Shown here piece by piece: positions 31,009-40,117 of a DNA stretch of 64,000 nucleotides. The position numbers and the translations under genes are program-made. The number at the start of each line of letters is the position of its first letter. Position 1 is the first letter of the stretch. Under the pieces are notes generated by a model. The model made no database searches and had not been told where the DNA came from. It worked only from the letters and a program-made list of their open reading frames with translations. Location: positions 32,001-96,000 of the IMG/VR virus record IMGVR_UViG_3300047510_002627; one strand, written 5' to 3'. Source of the stretch: a virus.

Positions 31009-31820
31009 GTAAACTAACTGAAATTGTAACTGTAGGAATTATTGGAAACGGATTTGTTGGAAATGCAGTATATCAAAACTTTAGGGATAAAGTAACCTGT
31101 AAAGTTTATGATGTTGATGCAAATAGATCACTTAATACATTGTCTGAAGTATTATCATGTGATTTTATTTTTGTTTGTCTTCCAACACCAATGAAATCTG
31201 GCGGGCAGTGCGACCTTTCTATTTTAGATAACTTTTTTGCTACTTGCTCCACAAATATAAATGGCATATTTATCATTAAATCCACAGTTCCAATTGGAAC
31301 TACTAAAAAGTATTCTCAAATGGGATTTAATGTTGTTCATAATCCAGAGTTTTTGACTGCAAGAAATGCAGTGGAGGACTTTAAAAACTCTGAGAGAAAT
31401 GTTATTGGTGGTGATCTTAAATTGGTAGAAAAGGTTGATACCTTATTTGTGAATACTTTTCATTACATTCCTTCTATCTACACAACATCCGATGAGAGTG
31501 AGGCAATTAAATACTTTGCAAATAGTTTCTTAGCATATAAGGTAGCATATTTCAATAAGATCTATGACTTGTGCCAAGCAACTGGAATGGATTATGATAC
31601 AGTATGCAATGGTGTCACCACAGACAGCAGAATCGGATCATCCCACACAAAAGTCCCTGGTATTGACAATGACAGAGGTTTTGGAGGAACATGCTTCCCG
31701 AAAGATCTGAATTCCCTGATAGTTCAGATGGAATCCCACGGAGTCAATGCCGATATGCTAAAATCTGTCTGGTCCTACAATCAAGAAATTCGCACGGTCA
31801 TCGACTGGCCGACTACCTAA
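31005..31820 (+). CDS. UDP-glucose/GDP-mannose dehydrogenase family protein lacking the C-terminal domain
   Basis: GNGFVG Rossmann motif, VCLPTP, KSTVP, NPEFL and catalytic GFGGTCFPKD; only 271 aa. Confidence 0.88.
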   Translation: MSKLTEIVTVGIIGNGFVGNAVYQNFRDKVTCKVYDVDANRSLNTLSEVLSCDFIFVCLPTPMKSGGQCDLSILDNFFATCSTNINGIFIIKSTVPIGTTKKYSQMGFNVVHNPEFLTARNAVEDFKNSERNVIGGDLKLVEKVDTLFVNTFHYIPSIYTTSDESEAIKYFANSFLAYKVAYFNKIYDLCQATGMDYDTVCNGVTTDSRIGSSHTKVPGIDNDRGFGGTCFPKDLNSLIVQMESHGVNADMLKSVWSYNQEIRTVIDWPTT

Positions 31821-31821
31821 C

Positions 31822-32010
31822 ATGAAAGTCCCTAATTGGCAACATCATTCCAAGAAGGATCAAAAACGGAAACTGAAACCTCAGGCACTCCGACAAGCAA
31901 AAGCACGACTGAGACACTTTAAAAAGTGTCACATGACCTCCCCGAAACGGGAGGTTTTTTCGTGTATACTGATTTCAGTCGAACGAACCCACCATGTCTG
32001 TCAACTATGA
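31822..32010 (+). CDS. Small basic hypothetical protein
   Basis: MKVPNWQHHSKKDQKRKLKPQALRQAK; the 3' part overlaps an inverted repeat, terminator and promoter, so the C-terminus may be incidental. Confidence 0.55.
   Translation: MKVPNWQHHSKKDQKRKLKPQALRQAKARLRHFKKCHMTSPKREVFSCILISVERTHHVCQL
31910..31970 (+). promoter_or_regulatory. Early-type promoter: inverted repeat, terminator hairpin and TATACT -10 box
   Basis: GACACTTT/AAAGTGTC inverted repeat (31910-31933); ACCTCCC/GGGAGGT hairpin plus T-tract (31936-31960); TATACT at 31965-31970. Confidence 0.65.
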
Positions 32011-34189
32011 AGTAAAGGGCGGCGTTGCCCGCATCCTTGCAACTGAAAACTTGATTGTTGAGCACCGCAAGTGCCAAACTGCTCAATTCAATGTTCAAAC
32101 CCGTGTTCTAACTCTCCCAATGTGGGATCGAGCATCTGAAGAAGTATTTGATCTCCTCGTTGCCCATGAAGTTGGACATGCTCTTTACACCCCCGATGTC
32201 AATTGGATTGTTGATCGTAAAATTCCTCCAGGTTATGTGAACGTAGTTGAAGATGCTCGCATCGAGAAATTGATGAAGCGTCGTTATCCTGGACTCCCTA
32301 AAACCTTTTATCGTGGTTATTCTCAAATGCATGAGGATGACTTCTTTGAACTCAAAGATGACAAGATTGATACTTTTAGTTTGATTGATCGTATTAATCT
32401 TTATTTTAAAATCGGCAATTTCCTGGATCTTCACTTTGATAGTGTTGAGCAACGGTTTGTTGACATGGTTGAAAATGCAGAAACTTTTGATGAAGTGTTG
32501 AATATTTCTGAGGAAATTTACAACTATTCTAAAAAAGAAAAGGAAGTAGTCAAGGAAAACGTTCCTGCACAAGTCGATCTCACCCAGGAATCTGGTGGTG
32601 CTGGGGATTTTTGTGAACCTCAAGTTCCTCAAGAATCTGGTGATTCTGACGAAGGGGAGGAGAAAGATAGTGGAGAAGATTCTACTGAAAATAGTGGTGC
32701 TCTAAATCCAGATTTTGAATCTTCTAGCGGTGATCAACCTAAAAGTACTAATGATTCCACTGATTCATCTGCAGGAAAGGGCGATGAAGAAAAGTCTATT
32801 ACTGATGAAATTCTGAATCGCAAACTTTCATCTTTGATCAATGATAATGCTCAACATGATAATTTGTATCTTGAATTTCCTGAATTTAAACTTGAATCCT
32901 TTGTGGCATCGAACAATGAAATTCATCAATATTTGAGTGGAGAATTTGCTGCTCAGCAAGAGCATTGTCCTGTTTACATTAATGGGGAATCTATTTTTTA
33001 TAATGCAGACCAAACTTATCAAGAATACAAATCTTCTTGCATGAAAGAAGTGAATTATCTTGTCAAAGAATTTGAATGTAAAAAAGCAGCAGATTCTTAT
33101 TCCCGTGCTTCTGTATCTAAAACTGGAGTTTTGGATTGCAATAAACTACACACGTATAAGTTGACGGATGACATCTTTAAAAAGGTGACTACCATTCCAG
33201 ATGGTAAGAATCATGGATTGATTTTTATTCTTGATTGGTCTGGTTCTATGGGAAATACTATTCTTCCTACTCTGAAACAACTTTACAATCTTATCAATTT
33301 CTGTAAAAAGTGTTCAATTCCTTTTGATGTATATGCTTTTACTCAGAATTGGAAAACGGCACCTATTGATGTGAATCCATATGTTCGTAAAAATGGAACC
33401 ATGAAAATGGACATCGAATTCTCTCTCATGAATTTGTTTACAAGTTCTGTTAGCAATCGTGAGTTGGAAAAGCAAATGAAGAATATTTGGAGGGTTGTAT
33501 ATGCTCTTAAAAACTGGACTCCGTATTCTTATCCTGCTCGTCTCAGTCTTTCTGGGACTCCTTTGAATGAAACCATGATGTGTCTTCGTAAAATTATCCC
33601 CCAATTTCAAAAAAAGAATAAAGCACAAAAGGTTCATTGCATTGTTTTGACTGATGGTGAAGGTAATCCTTTGAATTATGATAAGGAAGTTCCTTCTCGT
33701 AATAATCCTAATGAAGCTTATCTTGGAAATGGTTCGGTTTTTTATCACAATGGTAATGTCTTTCTTCGTAATCGTGTTACTGGAAAAGTTCGCAAATTCC
33801 TAAAACATGCCCCTTACAGTCATCAAGACACTATTCTTCAATCCATTAAAGACGAATTTCCGAGTGTAAACTTCATTGCTTTTCGTATTGTTGAAAGTGG
33901 GCATGATGTGAATAAACTTCTGGATCAATATGTTCCTTTTTCAGAAAATGACAAAAAGTATAAAGTTCTTGATATTTGGAAAAAGTTTAAAACATTTAGT
34001 ATTGATTCTACTCCTTATGACAAATATTTTGGACTTGGTAATTCTCAATTGAATAACACGGTTGACCATTTGGAACAACTTGAAGATGGTGCAACTAAGA
34101 TTCAAATTCGTAATGCAATGCGTAAAACTCTTTCTACTAAAAAAATGAACAAGAAAATCCTTTCGGAGTTTATCGAACTGGTCGCATAG
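31994..34189 (+). CDS. HEXXH metallopeptidase-like plus VWA domain protein (CobT-like partner of the AAA+ ATPase)
   Basis: AHEVGHAL and NVVEDARIE at the N-terminus; acidic linker; MIDAS motifs LDWSGSM, SGTPL and LTDGE. Confidence 0.85.
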   Translation: MSVNYEVKGGVARILATENLIVEHRKCQTAQFNVQTRVLTLPMWDRASEEVFDLLVAHEVGHALYTPDVNWIVDRKIPPGYVNVVEDARIEKLMKRRYPGLPKTFYRGYSQMHEDDFFELKDDKIDTFSLIDRINLYFKIGNFLDLHFDSVEQRFVDMVENAETFDEVLNISEEIYNYSKKEKEVVKENVPAQVDLTQESGGAGDFCEPQVPQESGDSDEGEEKDSGEDSTENSGALNPDFESSSGDQPKSTNDSTDSSAGKGDEEKSITDEILNRKLSSLINDNAQHDNLYLEFPEFKLESFVASNNEIHQYLSGEFAAQQEHCPVYINGESIFYNADQTYQEYKSSCMKEVNYLVKEFECKKAADSYSRASVSKTGVLDCNKLHTYKLTDDIFKKVTTIPDGKNHGLIFILDWSGSMGNTILPTLKQLYNLINFCKKCSIPFDVYAFTQNWKTAPIDVNPYVRKNGTMKMDIEFSLMNLFTSSVSNRELEKQMKNIWRVVYALKNWTPYSYPARLSLSGTPLNETMMCLRKIIPQFQKKNKAQKVHCIVLTDGEGNPLNYDKEVPSRNNPNEAYLGNGSVFYHNGNVFLRNRVTGKVRKFLKHAPYSHQDTILQSIKDEFPSVNFIAFRIVESGHDVNKLLDQYVPFSENDKKYKVLDIWKKFKTFSIDSTPYDKYFGLGNSQLNNTVDHLEQLEDGATKIQIRNAMRKTLSTKKMNKKILSEFIELVA

Positions 34190-34248
34190 TGGACAGTTCG
34201 CAGGGTGTCCACTCTGGACACCCACCACCCCCATCCATGCTCTATACT
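34188..34248 (+). promoter_or_regulatory. Early-type promoter: inverted repeat and TATACT -10 box
   Basis: AGTGGACA-N10-TGTCCACT (34188-34213) and TATACT at 34243-34248; same spacing as the 31910 element. Confidence 0.65.
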
Positions 34249-34275
34249 TACTTCAGTTCAAACAAACACCACCAA

Positions 34276-35406
34276 ATGATTTCCATGACTAACGATCAAA
34301 TCATCGAAGAACTCAAGTCCCTTTACGGAACTGAGATCACCACTAGTGATGTCAATGCATATTGTGCAATGCATGACATTTCTTATCCCACCATCACTCG
34401 CCGCCTTGAAAATTATAAGAGTGGTCGTGGTCGGTGGAATCTTGAAGTGACTCAGGAACGAGTTGCTGAAATTGAAACCGCTTACAACTCTCCGTCTGCA
34501 ATTCCCGCCCAAGAAAAGCAATGCATGATTCCTGCAAGGGATGATTCGTTTGTTCCTTTTGGCAATTTTGCCGATGTTAAAAAAATTATTAAATCTGAGA
34601 TTTTCTATCCTGTGTTCATCACTGGTCTCTCTGGTAACGGTAAGACCTTCAGTGTCGAGCAAGCATGTGCTCAACTGAAACGTGAACTGATTCGTGTCAA
34701 CATTACTATTGAAACTGATGAAGATGATCTTATCGGGGGTTTCCGCCTTCTCAATGGGGATACTGCTTGGCACAACGGTCCCGTCATTGAAGCACTGGAG
34801 CGAGGAGCAATCCTGCTTCTTGATGAAATTGACCTTGCCAGCAACAAAATCCTGTGCCTCCAGTCCATTCTTGAAGGTAAAGGTGTCTTCCTGAAGAAGA
34901 TCGGTCGTTATGTGAAACCTGCTCCTGGTTTCAATGTCATTGCCACTGCAAACACCAAGGGTAAGGGTTCTGATGATGGTCGTTTCATCGGCACCAACGT
35001 GCTCAACGAGGCATTCCTGGAACGATTCCCTGTGACCATGGAGCAGTCCTATCCCTCTCCTGCAACTGAGCAAAAGATCCTTGAAGGCACTGCTCTGGAT
35101 CTTGGGGTGGAAGATACCGACTTCTGCAAACGACTCGTTGACTGGGCAGATAACATCCGTAAAACCTTCTTTGACGGTGGTGTGGATGAGATTATCAGCA
35201 CTCGTCGTCTAGTCCACATCATTCGTGCTTATAGCATCTTTGGTAACAAAGAGAAAGCATTGAAATCCTGCATCAATCGCTTTGATGAAGAGACCAAACA
35301 GATTTTCATTCAAACTTATGATAAGTTCGATGCTGATTTCAATGCTAATGAAGCAGAAGAAGATGCTCCTGAAGGAAAAATTGTTATCGAGGAAAATTCC
35401 TATTGA
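34276..35406 (+). CDS. cobS: CobS/MoxR-like AAA+ ATPase
   Basis: Walker A GLSGNGKT, Walker B LLLDEID, ATANTKG and STRRL motifs; start moved to ATG 34276, downstream of the promoter. Confidence 0.88.
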   Translation: MISMTNDQIIEELKSLYGTEITTSDVNAYCAMHDISYPTITRRLENYKSGRGRWNLEVTQERVAEIETAYNSPSAIPAQEKQCMIPARDDSFVPFGNFADVKKIIKSEIFYPVFITGLSGNGKTFSVEQACAQLKRELIRVNITIETDEDDLIGGFRLLNGDTAWHNGPVIEALERGAILLLDEIDLASNKILCLQSILEGKGVFLKKIGRYVKPAPGFNVIATANTKGKGSDDGRFIGTNVLNEAFLERFPVTMEQSYPSPATEQKILEGTALDLGVEDTDFCKRLVDWADNIRKTFFDGGVDEIISTRRLVHIIRAYSIFGNKEKALKSCINRFDEETKQIFIQTYDKFDADFNANEAEEDAPEGKIVIEENSY

Positions 35407-35462
35407 CAATGAAGTAGAAACCTGATATGATTGGGAGAGGTAATTATGCTTCTCCCCTTTTT
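35403..35462 (+). promoter_or_regulatory. sigma70 promoter followed by an overlapping terminator hairpin
   Basis: TTGACA-17 bp-TATGAT (35403-35431) with extended TG; GGGAGAGG/CTTCTCCC hairpin plus T-tract (35433-35462). Confidence 0.75.
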
Positions 35463-36026
35463 ATGGAAAATAATCAAAGTATGTTTGAGGCAGCAGCAAA
35501 TTTAAATAAAAATCCAGTTAATTTGCCAAACGATCTTAGACAACTTCTAAATCAATTATCCGAAGAAGATACTGCATGTGCAGAATGCTATGCAACCGCT
35601 CCTGATTGGACAAGACTAACTCCAAACATGCCATCAATTTTGAAGGAGAACTCTCAAATGAATGGCCCAAAAATTAATGAAGAACAATTTGAAACTCTCC
35701 CCGAAATGCAAAAACAAAACCAAAGCAATTTAAGTAAGGAATCCAATAATGGGTTTTGGAAATATAATGAAGATAAAATTCTTAAGCAATTGGAAAGTTA
35801 CATTTCAAGTACTTATAGTCAGCATTATGTTGACCGAACTGGAAATGGAACGGAGCAAACTCTAGATAAAATTAAACATAATCGTCGTGAGGGGTTTTGT
35901 GCTGGTAATGTTACCAAGTACATTGATCGATATGATACAAAAGGAACTCCCCGAGCAGATTTGTTTAAAGTTCTTCATTATACAATTCTTCTCATCAACC
36001 ATCTTGACCTGATTGAAAATAAGTGA
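35463..36026 (+). CDS. Hypothetical protein with C-terminal DUF3310-like domain
   Basis: TYSQHY, GFCAGNVTKYIDRY and DLFKVLHY motifs; start uncertain (35463 or about 35658). Confidence 0.65.
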   Translation: MENNQSMFEAAANLNKNPVNLPNDLRQLLNQLSEEDTACAECYATAPDWTRLTPNMPSILKENSQMNGPKINEEQFETLPEMQKQNQSNLSKESNNGFWKYNEDKILKQLESYISSTYSQHYVDRTGNGTEQTLDKIKHNRREGFCAGNVTKYIDRYDTKGTPRADLFKVLHYTILLINHLDLIENK

Positions 36027-36028
36027 TT

Positions 36029-36697
36029 ATGAAACTCTCTGAAAAAACTACCAGCATCCTCAAAAATTTCTCTGTAATTAATAGTTCAATTCTTTTTAAG
36101 AAGGGAAATCGACTTCGTACTATTTCGGTAATGAAAAACATTTACGCTGAAGCAGTTGTGACAGAAGATTTTCCAAAAGATTTTGGAGTTTATGATCTCC
36201 CTCAATTTCTTGGAGGATTGAATCTTTATAAGCAACCAGAACTCATTTTTGATAATGATGGGTATGTTGTCATTAAAGAAGGTAAGTCACGATCCAAGTT
36301 CTTCTTTGCTAGTCAAAATACTATTGTAACTCCTCCCGATAAAGAAATTTCTCTCAATTCTGAAGATGTGTTCTTTCAAATTGACACAAATCAACTAGAT
36401 AAACTGATCAAAGCATCCAATACTTATCAAGCACCAGATTTGTCTGTTATTGGTAAAAATGGTGAAGTTGATTTGATTGTAAGGGACAAGAAAAATGATA
36501 CCTCTAACGACTTTTCATTTAATGTTGGAGAAACTGATTTGGATTTTTCTTTGAATTTTAAAGTGGAGAATCTTAAGATTATTACGGGATCTTATGAAGT
36601 TGCAATCTCAAAAAATAATCTTGCTAGATTTAAAAGTAAAGATTATGATCTGACATACTATATTGCTCTTGAACCAGATTCTTCATTTAATGAATGA
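36029..36697 (+). CDS. g45: Sliding clamp gp45
   Basis: MKLSEKTTSILKNFSVIN, FGVYDL..FL and YYIALE motifs. Confidence 0.95.
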   Translation: MKLSEKTTSILKNFSVINSSILFKKGNRLRTISVMKNIYAEAVVTEDFPKDFGVYDLPQFLGGLNLYKQPELIFDNDGYVVIKEGKSRSKFFFASQNTIVTPPDKEISLNSEDVFFQIDTNQLDKLIKASNTYQAPDLSVIGKNGEVDLIVRDKKNDTSNDFSFNVGETDLDFSLNFKVENLKIITGSYEVAISKNNLARFKSKDYDLTYYIALEPDSSFNE

Positions 36698-36912
36698 ATT
36701 CAAATACCCTTAGAATTTTAGGAAGTGTACTACTTGTAGTAGGGTACTTCCTTGTTTTGTATGTAGATATGAAAATCGGATGTACTGTCCGATTGGTTGG
36801 GAACTTGGCAATGATCCCATTTGCTGTTAAGATACGTACATGGGATGTCGTTGTTCTGGAAGCATTCTTTTCATTCATCGACCTCTCAAAAATTATTGAA
36901 CTTTCATTATGA
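36694..36912 (+). CDS. Small membrane protein
   Basis: 72 aa, mostly hydrophobic; ATGA overlaps with both neighbours. Confidence 0.65.
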   Translation: MNSNTLRILGSVLLVVGYFLVLYVDMKIGCTVRLVGNLAMIPFAVKIRTWDVVVLEAFFSFIDLSKIIELSL

Positions 36913-37421
36913 ACATCTTTGTTACTTCACCATGGCCTGCGGAATCTGCTATTTGTCTACCAGATAAGCACATTGTTAAAATGCCTCTAGAGTGCTGTCA
37001 GATGCTTTCCATTGTGGCATCGGAAAAATGGGGACACGGGTATGGATACCTTTATAAGACCGATCACACCCCGTACAAGACCGATAAGGGGGCATTCAGG
37101 AATCATCCATGCACCATCTGGGCAGCAGAGTCGATTCACAATGCTTATTGGTTGATTAAACATGGACTTAATTTGTGCGATGAGTATTCCTTGAGATATG
37201 GTAAAACCCACGCTTGCTACAAAACTCTTGTGGATTCCTTTTACTTATTTCCTAAAGGTAAAATTGACCAAGTAACATCATTTGCCCGTGCTATGCCAGA
37301 TGAATATAAACTTGACACAAGCATTGACACTTTTACTGCTTACAAGATGTATATCGCATCCAAACCTTGGGTTGCATCTAATTATCTTCGTATGCCGCAA
37401 CGTAAACCTGAATGGATTTAA
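36909..37421 (+). CDS. Pyrimidine-dimer DNA glycosylase/DenV-like family protein
   Basis: MNIF...DKHIVKMPLECCQMLS, HPCTIW, EY..RYGK.H and AMP motifs. Confidence 0.75.
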   Translation: MNIFVTSPWPAESAICLPDKHIVKMPLECCQMLSIVASEKWGHGYGYLYKTDHTPYKTDKGAFRNHPCTIWAAESIHNAYWLIKHGLNLCDEYSLRYGKTHACYKTLVDSFYLFPKGKIDQVTSFARAMPDEYKLDTSIDTFTAYKMYIASKPWVASNYLRMPQRKPEWI

Positions 37422-37424
37422 ATT

Positions 37425-38372
37425 ATGAGTAACACTGATTTTCTTTGGGTCGAGCAATATAGACCCCAAACTATTGATGAATGCATTCTTCCGGAAAGAA
37501 CCAAAGAAACATTCAAGCAGTTTGTAAATAAGGGTGAAATTCCTAATCTACTTCTTGCTGGACCTCCAGGAGTTGGTAAAACCACAGTTGCAAAGGCATT
37601 GTGCTCCGAACTTGGAGTTGATTTTTATTATATTAATGGTTCTGATGAAGGTCGATTTCTTGACACTGTGAGGAATCAAGCAAAAAACTTTGCATCTACT
37701 GTTTCCATCACATCTGATGCAAAACATAAAGTTATTATTATTGATGAGGCAGACAATACTGGAAATGATGTCCAACTTTTGTTGAGGGCAAATATTGAAC
37801 AATTTAGTAGTAATTGTAGATTTATTTTCACCTGCAACTATAAGAACAAGATTATTGAACCACTACATAGTCGGTGTGCTGTAATTGAGTTTTCTTTGAA
37901 GGGTAAAGATAAATCTAAATTGGCGGGAGAATTTCTTCAAAGATTGGAAGATATTCTTGATGAAAATTTAGTTTCTTACGATGAAAAAGTTCTAATTCAA
38001 TTGGTTAAAAATTATTTTCCAGATTGGAGAAGAGTCCTAAATGAATGTCAAAGATATTCTGCCGGAGGTAAAATTGATTCTGGTATCCTTGCAATGTTTT
38101 CTGATGTTGCAGTTGATGATTTGATCGACAATTTGAAGGGTAAAAAATTTAATGATGTTCGTAAATGGGTTGTGTCAAACCTTGATAATGACGCAAGCAC
38201 TATTCTTCGTAAAATTTATGACGCTTGCTATGAAAAATTGACACCAGCGAGTATTCCTATTGCAATTTTAATTGTTGCAAAGTATCAGTATCAATCAGCA
38301 TTTGTTGCCGATCAGGAAATTAACCTACTTGCAGCATTAACTGAAATCATGGTAGAATGTGAGTTTAAATGA
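37425..38372 (+). CDS. g44: Clamp loader large subunit gp44
   Basis: LWVEQYRP, GPPGVGKT, IIDEAD and HSRC motifs. Confidence 0.97.
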   Translation: MSNTDFLWVEQYRPQTIDECILPERTKETFKQFVNKGEIPNLLLAGPPGVGKTTVAKALCSELGVDFYYINGSDEGRFLDTVRNQAKNFASTVSITSDAKHKVIIIDEADNTGNDVQLLLRANIEQFSSNCRFIFTCNYKNKIIEPLHSRCAVIEFSLKGKDKSKLAGEFLQRLEDILDENLVSYDEKVLIQLVKNYFPDWRRVLNECQRYSAGGKIDSGILAMFSDVAVDDLIDNLKGKKFNDVRKWVVSNLDNDASTILRKIYDACYEKLTPASIPIAILIVAKYQYQSAFVADQEINLLAALTEIMVECEFK

Positions 38373-38382
38373 GGTATTAAAA

Positions 38383-38676
38383 ATGTTGAATGTAAAACTT
38401 GTTAGAATGTCCAGTGGTGAAGATGTTATTACTAATATAGTCGAAGAGACTGATTCACACATTAAACTAAAAAATCCTATTGTGTCCTTTCCAACTCAAG
38501 AAGGCAGAATCGGATTTGTTCCTTGGTCTCCTTTGATCGATAAAAAAAATCCAGAAATGGAAGTTTCTAAGAATTTTATCGTTTACATTGCGGATCCAGA
38601 TGTAACGATTGTTGAACAGTACAATCAAATGTTTGGAAGTAAACTTGTAACTCCAAATAAAGATCTTATTCTCTGA
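38383..38676 (+). CDS. Sm-like protein of cyanophage type
   Basis: NVKLVRMSSGEDVITNI...GFVPWSP...P...EQY pattern matches my recollection of phage Sm-like proteins; GAGG RBS. Confidence 0.7.
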   Translation: MLNVKLVRMSSGEDVITNIVEETDSHIKLKNPIVSFPTQEGRIGFVPWSPLIDKKNPEMEVSKNFIVYIADPDVTIVEQYNQMFGSKLVTPNKDLIL

Positions 38677-39734
38677 TGTTATCACCCGAACAAGCAATTT
38701 GGGCAGCAGATCAATTTATTGACTACTACTCAAAATTCAATAGAATTGATGATTATCTTAGATTTGTAAAGAATAGTAGAATTATGGAATCCTCTGGTAA
38801 ATTATTTGGACCAGAGTATGAAATATTTTCAGATTTCAATATTCATCCAATGGATATGGATTTTAAAATTTGCGTAGTTGATACTTCTGCAAAACCTAAA
38901 TCCAAATATAATCAAGATCTTTATGCTGAAATTTTGAATGATACGGCATCAAATGCAATAGAAGAAGCAATTCCAGGAAGAACATTGAAATGGATAGTTG
39001 AAGAAACCAATACCAATAAAATTGTTGGAGTGATTAGATTTGGGTCTCCAACAATAAACAGTAAACCTCGTAATGATTATTTCGGTGAAGTCCTTCCTCT
39101 ATCTGATATTAACTCTCATTTTGTCATGGGTTTTAATATTGTTCCTACTCAACCTTTTGGATTCAATTACTTGGGAGGGAAATTACTGGCCCTTTTAGCT
39201 TCATCAAATGAACTAAAGCGTCAATTTGATTCAAAGTATGGTACGGATCTTAAGTATTTTGAAACCACATCTTTATATGGAACAACTAAAGGTGTATCTA
39301 TGTATGATGGACTTAAACCATATATTAAACATATAGGGGATACTGAAAGTAAATTTCTTCCTCTATTTCATGATGATTACTTTCGTGAAATGTTTTGGTG
39401 GTTTAATAATAATGCCAACGGTGGAGAACGATTAATCTCTGCCGACAAATCTTCTAAAAAATTGAAAATTCAAACCAAGATGATTTCAATCATCACAAAG
39501 TCTCTTCAAGATGCTTCAAAGTTACATGAGTTTAAACAATGTATTGAACATGCCAAATCTTTAACTGAGAAAAAAAGATATTACTTATCAAAATTTGGAT
39601 ATGAAGTTGAAGAGGTAATTCAATGGTGGAAAAGAAAATCTACAAAAAGATATGAGAAATTGAAAAATTCAGGACTTCTTAGAACTGAACTTGAATTGTG
39701 GAAACCTGGAGTTGATTTGGAGATTATCCGATGA
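38676..39734 (+). CDS. DUF4338/DruA-like protein
   Basis: VGVIRFGSP, PFGFNYLGGKLLALL and FETTSLYG...SMYDG motifs. Confidence 0.65.
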   Translation: MLSPEQAIWAADQFIDYYSKFNRIDDYLRFVKNSRIMESSGKLFGPEYEIFSDFNIHPMDMDFKICVVDTSAKPKSKYNQDLYAEILNDTASNAIEEAIPGRTLKWIVEETNTNKIVGVIRFGSPTINSKPRNDYFGEVLPLSDINSHFVMGFNIVPTQPFGFNYLGGKLLALLASSNELKRQFDSKYGTDLKYFETTSLYGTTKGVSMYDGLKPYIKHIGDTESKFLPLFHDDYFREMFWWFNNNANGGERLISADKSSKKLKIQTKMISIITKSLQDASKLHEFKQCIEHAKSLTEKKRYYLSKFGYEVEEVIQWWKRKSTKRYEKLKNSGLLRTELELWKPGVDLEIIR

Positions 39735-40117
39735 CTATTGAATTGAAAGACTGGTTAAATTCTATAAACTATACAAAAGAAAATTTGATGGAGGGTGACC
39801 CATCGAATAAAAAAGAATATCCATCTTATATTATTAATAGATGTTTGTCCGGACATTTGGATTGTGTTTTATTTGCTAATGAAATTAACAAATATCCAAG
39901 TCTGGATAAGGATCTTCAATATTTGTTTTTTATAAATACATTGAGGAAAAAGAAGAGATTCTCTCCCTGGCTCCGTAAGGATAGTGTAAAAGATTTGGAA
40001 TGTGTTAAGCAATACTATGGTTATAGTAATGAAAAAGCATCCCAGGCTTTAAAGATCCTTAGAAATGATCAAATTAATTGGATCAAACAACGACTTGATA
40101 TTGGCGGATTAACATGA
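39731..40117 (+). CDS. g62: Clamp loader small subunit gp62
   Basis: WLNSIN, YIINRCLS, LRKKKRFSPW and YYGYSNEKA motifs. Confidence 0.93.
   Translation: MTIELKDWLNSINYTKENLMEGDPSNKKEYPSYIINRCLSGHLDCVLFANEINKYPSLDKDLQYLFFINTLRKKKRFSPWLRKDSVKDLECVKQYYGYSNEKASQALKILRNDQINWIKQRLDIGGLT

Noticed and set aside
34189-34275. N-terminal extension of the AAA+ ORF (MDSSQGVHSGHPPPP...)
   Set aside because: Translates the palindrome/promoter region; likely start is ATG 34276 or 34285
34258-35073. 271-aa minus-strand ORF opposite the AAA+ ATPase
   Set aside because: Explained by the codon bias of the sense gene, which removes antisense stops; no independent coding signal
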